DNA of 64,000 bases from positions 77,441-141,440 of the forward strand of contig CAVDMV010000001.1 of the NCBI GenBank assembly GCA_963610315.1. The letters run 5' to 3'. The notes below the pieces were generated by a model. That model was not told the DNA's origin. It was given only the letters and a program-made list of their open reading frames with translations, and searched no databases. Source of the stretch: Acutalibacteraceae bacterium (lineage in GTDB: Bacteria > Bacillota_I > Bacilli_A > RFN20 > CAG-449). Shown here in pieces: positions 19,923 through 28,908 of the stretch; within the stretch, counting starts at the first letter, position 1, and every line of letters begins with the position of its first letter. A program made the translations under genes and the position numbers.

Positions 19923-21221
19923 CTATTCGAAATAATCAAATTCGAAATCACAAAGAGTAACGCTATCCCCATCAACTGCGCCCATTTCTCTTAATTTGTC
20001 ATCAACCTTTAAATTACGTAAGATTGATAATAATTTTAATACACCTTCATCAGATGTTAAGTTAATTAAAGAATATGTTCTTTCAATTCTTTCTCCACAA
20101 ATCTTAAATGCATGTGGGCCAACTTTTTCAATTCTAAATTCTTCTTTTAAGTCAAGATGAGCATCATAAACTTTAACATCTTGATCTTTTTCTTCATAAA
20201 GTGGGAAGTATTCAGCATTAGCGAGAACATCTTTAATCTTATAAAGAAGTATATCAATTCGATCATTAGTTAATGCAGAAATTGGATATACATCATATTT
20301 CCCTTCTAAAGCCTTTTTAACTTTTTCATATTGTTCTTCAGTAATTTCATCTTCGACCTTACTACAAGCAACAATCATTGGTCTTTTTAATAAATTGAAA
20401 CCATAAGTTTCTAATTCTTTATTAATTGTTTCAAAATCATTGAGTGGATCATCGTGAGTCATATCTAAAACATGAACGATAACTCGACATCTTTCAATAT
20501 GTCTTAAGAATTGTAATCCTAATCCTTTTCCTTGGGATGCTCCTTCAATTAAGCCTGGTAAATCCGCGACAACAAATGAAGAGCCATCTTTTAAATAAGT
20601 AACACCTAAATTAGGTGTAATAGTAGTAAATGGATAATCAGCAATTTCAGGTTTTGCCGCGGAAATAACGCTTAATAAAGTAGATTTACCAACACTAGGT
20701 AAACCAACTAAGCCAACATCCGCGAGCAGTTTCATTTCTAAAGTAATAGTTCTTTCTTGACCAGGAAGACCATTTTCTGCAACTTTAGGAGCTTGAATAA
20801 CACTAGTAGTAAAGCAAGCATTACCTCTACCACCTCTACCACCTTTTGCGACAACAAATTCTTGACCTTCTTTTGATAAATCGGCAAGGAATGTATGATT
20901 TGGTTCTTCAAATACGACAGTTCCAACTGGAACTTTAACATAGACATTTTCAGCCGCATGACCATACATTTTCTTCTTTTGGCCTTTTTCACCATCTTCA
21001 GCTTGAATCTTTTTGACGTGTGAGAATCTCATTAAAGTTGATTCATCACTAGTAGCTTTTAAAATGATGCTACCACCACGGCCTCCATTACCTCCGTCAG
21101 GTCCACCAAATTCATTTGATTTAATATGTAAAAAAGAAAGGGCTCCATTACCACCTCTTCCAGCTTTAACAACAAAAGGTCTTGTTTTATCAATAAACAT
21201 AATAATTATCTCCTTTCTCAA
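19923..21221 (-). CDS. obg: GTPase Obg (CgtA)
   Basis: Glycine-rich N-terminal Obg fold (GGRGGNGALSF, GGNGGRGGS) and G-domain motifs (GLPSVGKST, DLPG); 432 aa. Confidence 0.95.
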   Translation of the reverse strand: MRKEIIIMFIDKTRPFVVKAGRGGNGALSFLHIKSNEFGGPDGGNGGRGGSIILKATSDESTLMRFSHVKKIQAEDGEKGQKKKMYGHAAENVYVKVPVGTVVFEEPNHTFLADLSKEGQEFVVAKGGRGGRGNACFTTSVIQAPKVAENGLPGQERTITLEMKLLADVGLVGLPSVGKSTLLSVISAAKPEIADYPFTTITPNLGVTYLKDGSSFVVADLPGLIEGASQGKGLGLQFLRHIERCRVIVHVLDMTHDDPLNDFETINKELETYGFNLLKRPMIVACSKVEDEITEEQYEKVKKALEGKYDVYPISALTNDRIDILLYKIKDVLANAEYFPLYEEKDQDVKVYDAHLDLKEEFRIEKVGPHAFKICGERIERTYSLINLTSDEGVLKLLSILRNLKVDDKLREMGAVDGDSVTLCDFEFDYFE

Positions 21222-21321
21222 TTATGTAATAATTATACAAATAGTTTAGTTAAATCTCAATAAATAATCTCTCTCTTTTATCCTTTAGGATAAATGTAAG
21301 AGATAGATAGGAATTTAAAGA

Positions 21322-21350
21322 AATAAAAAGCATTTGGACACCCAAATGCT
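21322..21350 (-). terminator. terminator after rpmA
   Basis: GCATTTGG-acac-CCAAATGC hairpin. The minus-strand reading is followed by TTTTTATTTCTTT. Confidence 0.55.
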
Positions 21351-21361
21351 TGATAACAAAA

Positions 21362-21664
21362 TTAATTATTTCCTTCGACTGGAACAACTGTTGCTTTAGT
21401 TCTTGATTTACCCCAGCGGACGAATTTAACAATACCATCGCATGTTGCGAAAATAGTATCATCTCCACCTTTCATAGTGTTAACACCTGGATAAATTTTT
21501 GTACCACGTTGGCGATAAATGATTGATCCTGCTGTGCAGAATTGACCATCTGAGACTTTACAACCTAATCTCTTAGATTCTGAGTCACGACCGTTCTTTG
21601 TAGAACCGACACCCTTTTTAGAAGCAAATAATTGAATATTTAATTTAAACATCATAGTTTGCAC
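21362..21664 (-). CDS. rpmA: 50S ribosomal protein L27 with N-terminal propeptide
   Basis: The L27 core ([17 protein letters not shown]) is preceded by an extension [14 protein letters not shown]|SKKG. This is the Prp cleavage-site type found in Firmicutes. Confidence 0.9.
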   Translation of the reverse strand: MQTMMFKLNIQLFASKKGVGSTKNGRDSESKRLGCKVSDGQFCTAGSIIYRQRGTKIYPGVNTMKGGDDTIFATCDGIVKFVRWGKSRTKATVVPVEGNN

Positions 21665-21676
21665 CTTCTTTCGTAT

Positions 21677-21970
21677 TTATTTTATTTTTATATATTTTGG
21701 ATAACTCTCTTGTATAGTTTGTAATTGAATAATAATTACTTCGAGAACTTTAAGTGATTCACTTTGTTCTTTAAGAATTACTTTAGCGTATCCACTTTCT
21801 AAAGTAACACTTACAATGTCATCTTTATTAAATGCATTGAAACCACCGGTAACTATACTTGATACTCCGGCACAGATAAGATCTTGGCCAGATTCGGCAA
21901 ATCCTGCATGTCCTTTTACTTCAAGTCCATAAGGTTTACCATCATGCGAAATCACATTAACTTGGATCAT
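21677..21970 (-). CDS. prp: ribosomal-processing cysteine protease Prp (YsxB/DUF464)
   Basis: 97 aa between rplU and rpmA. Conserved GHAGFAESGQDLICAGVS with His and Cys positioned as a catalytic dyad. Confidence 0.8.
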   Translation of the reverse strand: MIQVNVISHDGKPYGLEVKGHAGFAESGQDLICAGVSSIVTGGFNAFNKDDIVSVTLESGYAKVILKEQSESLKVLEVIIIQLQTIQESYPKYIKIK

Positions 21971-21975
21971 ATTAA

Positions 21976-22284
21976 TTAAGCATTAATTGATTCGATTGTT
22001 AAACATGTGTATGGTTGACGATGACCTTGTTTTCTACGATAGTTAGCTTTGCTCTTATATTTGAAAACTAAGATTTTCTTTTGTTTGTCTTGTTTTTCAA
22101 CTTTAGCAACTACTGTAGCACCTTGAACATATGGTGTACCAACGCTAGTCTTATCACCTGAAACAAGTAATACTTTGTCGAAAGTATATTCAGCACCTGC
22201 TTCAACATCTAACTTTTCAGTAAAGATTTTTTGACCAACTTCAACTTTAATTTGCTTTCCGCCAGTTTCGATAATTGCGTACAT
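21976..22284 (-). CDS. rplU: 50S ribosomal protein L21
   Basis: 102 aa beginning [11 protein letters not shown]. Confidence 0.95.
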   Translation of the reverse strand: MYAIIETGGKQIKVEVGQKIFTEKLDVEAGAEYTFDKVLLVSGDKTSVGTPYVQGATVVAKVEKQDKQKKILVFKYKSKANYRRKQGHRQPYTCLTIESINA

Positions 22285-22455
22285 AAATTTCGTTACCTCC
22301 TATTTTCTATAGACTTAGACTCGCTTTAAAGGTAGATTTTGACATCTTTAAAAAGACCTTTTCAATGCGGTTGAGGCCCTCTATAAGGCGACAACATATA
22401 TAAAATATCAAAAATAAAACATTAATTCAATAAAATATTTCATCTTTTCAATTTT

Positions 22456-23937
22456 TTAGTTAAGAATAGAGAGTAAATTAATTAAAAGTTCTTTACTAGT
22501 AACAATTAGAATAATATTTTCTCTCGCTCTAGTTAAGCCTTGATATAACATCTTGACGATAGGATATTTAGTGTCTTCTATCTCTTTTCCTTTTAATTCT
22601 CCATCTTCATAATAAAAATAAGAATTTAAAATCATCACAACTTTTTGAAAGTCTTGTCCGACTACTTCATTTGAATCTAAAATATTTAAATTATCTTCTA
22701 AGCTAGCATTCATTTGTTTAATAGGATAACGAATAAATGTATAATCTAACTTATTTAATTCTAATGCTCTTTTTATAGCCTTCTTTTCATTAGGTTCATA
22801 AATTATTGAGCAACTGTCCTTAAGAGGAATATCTTTATTAAAATTATTTAAGTTAAAGACGCAATCGATAAAAGAAATTACTTCTACATTTGATCTAATT
22901 TTATTAGTTAAACGATAATGTGTCTCTTTAGTTTCTTGAAGAATTAATGAAATGACCTTTTTGGCATTTTCACTATTAAAGATTACTTGATTCGCGTCAT
23001 AAGAAAATATGCATCTCTTACGATTATCTTTTATATATTGAACAATTTTAAAGAATTTTTCATAAGGATAAATTCTTTGCGTTTCATCAAAGAAAATATA
23101 ATCATATTTATCGAGAGTTTTTAAAGATACTTTATTTAATTCTTTAATCGTTAAATTTTCAATTTTTTCATTTAAAATTCTATGTCCTTCGCTTAATGCT
23201 TCAACATTAATAATTAATACTTTACCTTTAAATGAAAAATCATAAGCTAAATCATATAGAAGCAATGTTTTACCAGTTCCAGGTGAACCTGTTAAAGCAA
23301 AAACATTACGTTTATTTTGCTTAATTAAATCTTTTATCTTCTTTTTAATATCTCTTTGATGAGGAGTTAAAATGTATTTTCCTTCAATGAATTTCTCATT
23401 ATTATTTAATGGAGAAACTAAAATATTCTTTGGATTATAAATTTCATCTAAATTGACTGATTGATCAACTGGTAATTTTAAATATTCTAAAAGTTCTTCT
23501 TTAGTCGATTCAACAAGTGTCTTATCTACTAATTTATATAATTTATTTACAACACTTTTATAAGTAAAATGAACTGCATGTTTTTTGCCGATAACATTAG
23601 TAAAATAACGGTTTTGTTTTAATTGATCTAGTACCTTATTTAAAGATATATCTCCGCTTTTAAGTTCGATATTAATTATTGTATCAGAAGTTATTTTTAA
23701 TAAATCCATCTCTTTATTTAAATGTGGAACAACATAGCCAAAAATAAAACCTTCTACTAAAGAACAATTATCATTAATGCCTAAGAATTTTAATAATTTT
23801 TCGATATCTAAAATTTCATTATGATGATATTCACGTCCAGGATAAAAAGAACATAAATAAGAAACATAATTCTTAGAAATATCTTCTTCTTTTGAAAGTT
23901 TTACTAAATCATATAAAGATACTAATTTATAAGCCAT
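22456..23937 (-). CDS. SF1-helicase-like P-loop ATPase (DUF2075-type motifs) with an N-terminal PD-(D/E)xK-like domain; candidate nuclease-helicase
   Basis: Walker A ALTGSPGTGKT, Walker B YIFFDETQ, motif III-like SYDANQVIF, motif V-like VVGQDFQKVVMIL and motif VI-like YQGLTRARENIILI. The N-terminal ~190 aa carries EMDLLKI...IINIELK, which is consistent with hD...hhExK. Confidence 0.55.
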   Translation of the reverse strand: MAYKLVSLYDLVKLSKEEDISKNYVSYLCSFYPGREYHHNEILDIEKLLKFLGINDNCSLVEGFIFGYVVPHLNKEMDLLKITSDTIINIELKSGDISLNKVLDQLKQNRYFTNVIGKKHAVHFTYKSVVNKLYKLVDKTLVESTKEELLEYLKLPVDQSVNLDEIYNPKNILVSPLNNNEKFIEGKYILTPHQRDIKKKIKDLIKQNKRNVFALTGSPGTGKTLLLYDLAYDFSFKGKVLIINVEALSEGHRILNEKIENLTIKELNKVSLKTLDKYDYIFFDETQRIYPYEKFFKIVQYIKDNRKRCIFSYDANQVIFNSENAKKVISLILQETKETHYRLTNKIRSNVEVISFIDCVFNLNNFNKDIPLKDSCSIIYEPNEKKAIKRALELNKLDYTFIRYPIKQMNASLEDNLNILDSNEVVGQDFQKVVMILNSYFYYEDGELKGKEIEDTKYPIVKMLYQGLTRARENIILIVTSKELLINLLSILN

Positions 23938-23945
23938 AATTTCAC

Positions 23946-24860
23946 CTACTTATTCAATGAACAAAGTGCGATTGGACTTGTTTTTAAATAAAATATTTCA
24001 TTTTTATTCACTATTTCATTATATATATCTTTATTTGCTTTTGAAGCCCCGGCATTATTTAAAGCTTCCATCGGCGATTTATTAGAAACATAAAAAGTTA
24101 ATAAACCTAATTCGTTTCTTTTCTTAATAAGTGGTAAGATAATATCAGTTTTAATATTTGAATACATGCTTTCAAGCATAAAATTATCTAAGAATAAATA
24201 TTTTACTTTGGTCAACATTTCAAAATCAAATTCATAATTAGCCTTATTAAAACGATAATTATCTGATAAATCTTTAAAAAATCCTGAACAATCAATATAA
24301 GAAATATATTCATCTTTTAATGATAATGATAAGGATTTAGAAAAAACAGACATCATAAAAGTTTTGCCAATTCCATCTTCTCCATAAAGATAAATTCCTT
24401 TATTTAATTCAATTCCTTTAGCGATTTTTGCCATCTTAGTCACAACTTTAGTTCGATCACTAGCAAAATAATTTAATAATTCTTTTAAAGGATAATTAAA
24501 ATAGCTTTTATCAGTTTCACAAATGATGAATTTAGAAACGACGTTATCGTTTTCTAATTTAAAATTACAACGAGAAATAATTTCTTCTAATTTATTTTTC
24601 TTGTCATCGTAATAAAGTTTTAAAATAAAACCACCTTTTGAACAAGAATTTAACCCTTGGCAATTTTTACATTTTTCTTTATCTTTCATGACACGAGAAA
24701 AATAAGAAACATTTTTATAGACAAATTCTTCATTTAATGAATTCGCTTTAATAAAGTCAAACATCTCTTTATTTTCATAAACTTTTTTAAATGTTTCTTT
24801 TTTTATCTTTTCTATTTCATCATAGTCGAGATGAATAATGTCATCAATATTTACACTCAT
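23946..24860 (-). CDS. dnaI: primosomal helicase loader DnaI
   Basis: N-terminal zinc motif CKNCQGLNSC and AAA+ Walker A GEDGIGKTF; 304 aa, directly downstream of dnaB. Confidence 0.8.
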   Translation of the reverse strand: MSVNIDDIIHLDYDEIEKIKKETFKKVYENKEMFDFIKANSLNEEFVYKNVSYFSRVMKDKEKCKNCQGLNSCSKGGFILKLYYDDKKNKLEEIISRCNFKLENDNVVSKFIICETDKSYFNYPLKELLNYFASDRTKVVTKMAKIAKGIELNKGIYLYGEDGIGKTFMMSVFSKSLSLSLKDEYISYIDCSGFFKDLSDNYRFNKANYEFDFEMLTKVKYLFLDNFMLESMYSNIKTDIILPLIKKRNELGLLTFYVSNKSPMEALNNAGASKANKDIYNEIVNKNEIFYLKTSPIALCSLNK

Positions 24861-24861
24861 A

Positions 24862-26076
24862 CTATAATCCCTCGATTAAGGAAGATAAATCTTCTTTAGT
24901 CACATTTTCTTCACTTTCTTCAGTTTGAGAAGGAATATCAACATCGATTTTTTTACGACGAGAATTTTGTTTTAAATAATTCATCGCATCTAAGGTAGAA
25001 GAAATACCTTCTCTATTTAAACTCGCAGCAATTTTAGTAACATAAGTACGAGATAATTGGTTATTATTTCTTTCTAGGCAATAATCGATAAGGACATTTA
25101 TAACTGAAGAATTTAAACCATAACTTTCATTTAATTCAGTAATAAGTTTGACGTCACTAGGTGAAACTGCCCCGTTATTTTGTTTAATCTTTAAATAATC
25201 TAAAGCAGAATAAGTTTGCATCATTTCGACTTTTTTACCCATTTTACTAGTTGAACTATATGCGATATTATTTGAACCATTTTTTCTTAAAACTTGGTAT
25301 GATTTATCTTTTACACACAAATCTTTAACCATGTCGTAATCAATTTTTTCTTTTTCATCAGGTCGATATGATTGAGAAACATAATCTCCCATAATGTCTT
25401 CATTAACGCCGTAAAGTAAGGCGAGTTCAGAGATTTTTTTCATATCGCTTTTCTTAATAGCTTTAGGTAAAATATTTAAATTTTCTAGAGAAGATAAGAA
25501 TTTTGCATTATCAAATCCTTTTGATACATCGATAACTTTTCTACCATATCCTCCGACAATATTAAGAGTAGAAGAATAAACATCTTCATCTAAAGAAGAC
25601 TTAAATACATCATTAAAAGATGCACTTATTTCATTATAGCCATCTAAATCGAGCTTTTTAGTTTTATATCTTCTTAAATATTGTTGAACTTTCTTTTCAC
25701 CAATACGAGAAATTAATAAACCTTTAAAAAGAATATCATCAAAGAATTCTTTTGGTGTTTTAGGCGCGTATAAAACGAATTTTAAAAATGATTGGCCTTT
25801 ATCTTTTTTATAATAAGTTCTAATTAGACCAATACCTTCTAATTTATTTTTCGCTTCAGTTAAAATAGTAATATCGATGCCCATTTCTAAAAGAAGGTCT
25901 TCTAAAGATGCAATATCACTTTTCTTTTTATAATCAGCATATAGAGTTAGATATAAAGATATCGCGTGACTACCGACAATAGGTTGATAAAGCATAGTTA
26001 AAGTATCGTGATCAAAATCACTAATAATCGAATTTAAATATACTTCATAAAAATCTTCTTTGTTTAAATAAATCAT
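24862..26076 (-). CDS. dnaB: replication initiation/membrane attachment protein DnaB (Bacillus-type, DnaD-like domains)
   Basis: The N-terminal LTMLYQPIVGSHAISLYLTLY matches B. subtilis DnaB ITQLYQPLIGPVSVSLYMTLW. Confidence 0.8.
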   Translation of the reverse strand: MIYLNKEDFYEVYLNSIISDFDHDTLTMLYQPIVGSHAISLYLTLYADYKKKSDIASLEDLLLEMGIDITILTEAKNKLEGIGLIRTYYKKDKGQSFLKFVLYAPKTPKEFFDDILFKGLLISRIGEKKVQQYLRRYKTKKLDLDGYNEISASFNDVFKSSLDEDVYSSTLNIVGGYGRKVIDVSKGFDNAKFLSSLENLNILPKAIKKSDMKKISELALLYGVNEDIMGDYVSQSYRPDEKEKIDYDMVKDLCVKDKSYQVLRKNGSNNIAYSSTSKMGKKVEMMQTYSALDYLKIKQNNGAVSPSDVKLITELNESYGLNSSVINVLIDYCLERNNNQLSRTYVTKIAASLNREGISSTLDAMNYLKQNSRRKKIDVDIPSQTEESEENVTKEDLSSLIEGL

Positions 26077-26279
26077 AATGTCACCTACTTAGATTATCTT
26101 ACAATTTTACATCAATAAATAAAAGAATATTTTTAAATTATGAAACATTAAAATTAAAATGTAAGCCCTTAGATTTATTATTTTCGAAAAAAGATAATTT
26201 TATTCTTTTCTATTAATAGAAAATATAATAGAATGTTTAAGTATTTTGTTTAAAAATATAAATGAAAAAGAGGTTTTAT

Positions 26280-27734
26280 ATGAATATTACAAAAAAGACA
26301 AAAGTTGTATGTACAATTGGTCCTGCAAGTGATACTTATGAAAAATGTTTAGAATTATATCACGCAGGTATGAACGTTATGAGAATGAATTTCTCACATG
26401 GTTCTTATGAAGAACACGGCAAAAAAGTCGCAATTGCAAAAAAATTATGGGAAAACGATAAAATTATCATGCCTTTAATGTTAGATACTAAAGGTCCTGA
26501 AATTCGTACTCATTTATTTAAAGATGGTAAAGCTAAATTCGAAACTAATTCAATCGTAAGAGTTTCTATGACAGAAGTTTTAGGTGATTCAACTCACTTC
26601 TCTGTTACTTATCCAGGCTTATATGATGACTGTGAAGTTGGCCAACACATCAAATTAGACGACGGTAATATCACATTCGTCATCGAAGAAAAAGACGAAA
26701 AGAAGAAAGAATTAGTTTGTAGAGCATTAAATCACCATGAAGTTAAAGATAGACGTGGTGTCAACTGCCCAGAAACTGAAATTCAAATGCCATATATTTC
26801 TGAAAAGGATTATAATGATATTGTATGGGGAACTAAACAAGAAGAAGTTGCTTATATTGCAGCATCATTTGTTAGAGATGCGAACGATGTCTTAGACATT
26901 AGAAAGATCTTAGTTGAAAACGGTCGTTCAGATATTAAGATCATTTCAAAAATTGAAAACCCATTAGCAGTTAAAAACATCGACGATATCTTAAAAGTAA
27001 CTGATGCAATCATGGTCGCTCGTGGTGACTTAGGGGTTGAAATTCCAGCAGAAGATGTTCCAGTAGTTCAAAAATTATTAATTGAAAAATGTAGAATCGC
27101 TGGTAAACCAGTCATTACTGCAACTCAAATGTTAGACTCAATGAAGACTAACCCAAACCCTACTAGAGCGGAAGTTTCTGACGTTGCTAATGCAGTTTCT
27201 TCAGGTACTGATGCAGTTATGTTATCAGCTGAATCTGCAAGTGGTGAATATCCAGTTGAAGCAGCTTCAATGCAAGCTAAGATTTCAGCAAAAATGGAAA
27301 AATATCTTCCATATGCTCATTTAGCTAATGAAGCTTTCGAAACATCAAATAAAAACAATAACGATGCTATTTCTAACGCAGTCGCTACAACAGCGATCTT
27401 AATCGATGCAAAATTAATTGTTGTTCTTGCTGAAACTGATGAAGCTATTTCACGTTTATCAAAAGCTAGACCATGCTGCCCAATCTTATCTGTATCTAAT
27501 GATATGAAGATTTGTAGAAGTTCGACATTAATGTGGGGTGTTTATCCAACTTACATTCCTTTCATTCCTCAATTAATTGAAGAAATGGAAGTATTCGCAC
27601 TTTTCAAAGCTAGAGAACTTGGTATCCCTGCAGGAAGTAATATCATTTTAACTGGTGGTACTCCAACAGGTTCTAACAAAACTAACTTCATGAAGATTAT
27701 CCGTACAAGAGAATTCAAAGAAATGGAGGACTAA
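26280..27734 (+). CDS. pyk: pyruvate kinase
   Basis: The start is most likely MNITKKTKVVCTIGP, with SD AAGAGG 8 nt upstream; the track's earlier M at 26262 lacks an SD. PK barrel motifs are present (MVARGDLGVEIP). Confidence 0.9.
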   Translation: MNITKKTKVVCTIGPASDTYEKCLELYHAGMNVMRMNFSHGSYEEHGKKVAIAKKLWENDKIIMPLMLDTKGPEIRTHLFKDGKAKFETNSIVRVSMTEVLGDSTHFSVTYPGLYDDCEVGQHIKLDDGNITFVIEEKDEKKKELVCRALNHHEVKDRRGVNCPETEIQMPYISEKDYNDIVWGTKQEEVAYIAASFVRDANDVLDIRKILVENGRSDIKIISKIENPLAVKNIDDILKVTDAIMVARGDLGVEIPAEDVPVVQKLLIEKCRIAGKPVITATQMLDSMKTNPNPTRAEVSDVANAVSSGTDAVMLSAESASGEYPVEAASMQAKISAKMEKYLPYAHLANEAFETSNKNNNDAISNAVATTAILIDAKLIVVLAETDEAISRLSKARPCCPILSVSNDMKICRSSTLMWGVYPTYIPFIPQLIEEMEVFALFKARELGIPAGSNIILTGGTPTGSNKTNFMKIIRTREFKEMED

Positions 27735-27736
27735 TT

Positions 27737-28597
27737 ATGGAATATGTCATATCAATTGACTTAGGGGGAACAAATTTAAGGATCGCAGTAGTATCTGAAT
27801 CATTAGAGATTGTTGACGTCGTAAGAGAATCAACAACTAAAAATGATAAAGATAAATTATTCGAACAAATTTGTCGAATGATCGATTCATTACCATATGA
27901 AAAATATGGTGTAAAAAAAGTTGGTATTTCCGCCTGCGGATTAATTGATGGTGATCATATTACATTATTACCTAACTTAAATATAAAAGACTTCGATTTA
28001 AATAAAAGATTAGAAGAAAAATATGGTTTTAAAGTTAATATTAGAAACGATGCAAATTGCACTGCTCTAGCAGAAGCAAGTTTTGGATCAACTAAAGACG
28101 TTAAAGATTCATATTTTATCACAATATCAACTGGTATCGGAGGATGCTTAATTCACAATTCAAATATGGTTAATTTACCATTTGAAATTGGTCACATACT
28201 CGTTCATTATAAAAATGGTTATGAAGAATTTGAAAAATTATGCTCTGGAACTGGTATGGAAAATTTAGCCCGTAGTTATGGACTAGAAGTAACAGGATGT
28301 AAAGACTTCTTTTCTAAAGTTGAACAAAATGAAAAATTAGCTTTAGAAATCTTAGATATATGGGAAGAAATGGTCGCGGTATTTATCGCGAATACCCAAA
28401 TGGAATTTAATGTTGATAAATTCTGTCTTTCCGGAGGAGTAATGAAATCCTCAAAATATTTTATTAAAGAAGTTGAAGAAAAAGCCAATAAAATCATTAA
28501 GAATTATCCATTAAAAGAAATTAAAATCGTTCTTGCTGAAATGGATCAAGACGCTGGATTATTCGGCGGAGTCGCAGTCGCATTAAAAATTAAATAA
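27737..28597 (+). CDS. ROK-family sugar kinase (glucokinase-like)
   Basis: ISIDLGGTNLRIAVV is the ROK ATPase N-motif; 286 aa. Confidence 0.7.
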   Translation: MEYVISIDLGGTNLRIAVVSESLEIVDVVRESTTKNDKDKLFEQICRMIDSLPYEKYGVKKVGISACGLIDGDHITLLPNLNIKDFDLNKRLEEKYGFKVNIRNDANCTALAEASFGSTKDVKDSYFITISTGIGGCLIHNSNMVNLPFEIGHILVHYKNGYEEFEKLCSGTGMENLARSYGLEVTGCKDFFSKVEQNEKLALEILDIWEEMVAVFIANTQMEFNVDKFCLSGGVMKSSKYFIKEVEEKANKIIKNYPLKEIKIVLAEMDQDAGLFGGVAVALKIK

Positions 28598-28606
28598 GGA
28601 TGAAAG

Positions 28607-28634
28607 ACATCACAATTTGTGATGTTTTTCTTTA
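28607..28634 (+). terminator. terminator after the pyk-ROK unit
   Basis: ACATCACA-att-TGTGATGT hairpin followed by TTTTTCTTT. Confidence 0.6.
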
Positions 28635-28652
28635 CGAATTTTCATAATTTTA

Positions 28653-28681
28653 TTGTAATATTTTTTCTAGAATCTTATAAT
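28653..28681 (+). promoter_or_regulatory. sigmaA-type promoter for the thrS leader
   Basis: TTGTAA at 28653-28658, 17-nt spacer, TATAAT at 28676-28681. Confidence 0.55.
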
Positions 28682-28688
28682 CTAAGAG

Positions 28689-28895
28689 GTTATGAAAAAG
28701 ACATGCTTATAGAAAACTTTTTAGAGAGAGCTAGCTGGTGAAAATGCTCACAAAACTATAAGAACTACTTTGGAGCCTTCTAGAAATAGACGTTTATCGC
28801 GTTAAGATTATGAATTAAGAGTATATCGATAATCGATATAAACTAAGGTGGTACCGCGAATTAACGTCCTTATTTAGAGGATGTTTTTTTTATTT
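28689..28895 (+). promoter_or_regulatory. T-box riboswitch leader of thrS (Thr specifier, probably ACU)
   Basis: Conserved T-box sequence AAGGUGGUACCGCG at 28845-28858 and an AGAGAG GA-motif near 28715. The terminator hairpin AACGUCCU-uauuuag-AGGAUGUU plus a U8 run lies at 28863-28895. The specifier candidate is aaaACUAuaa near 28746. Confidence 0.75.
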
Positions 28896-28908
28896 TAAGG
28901 AGGAAATT

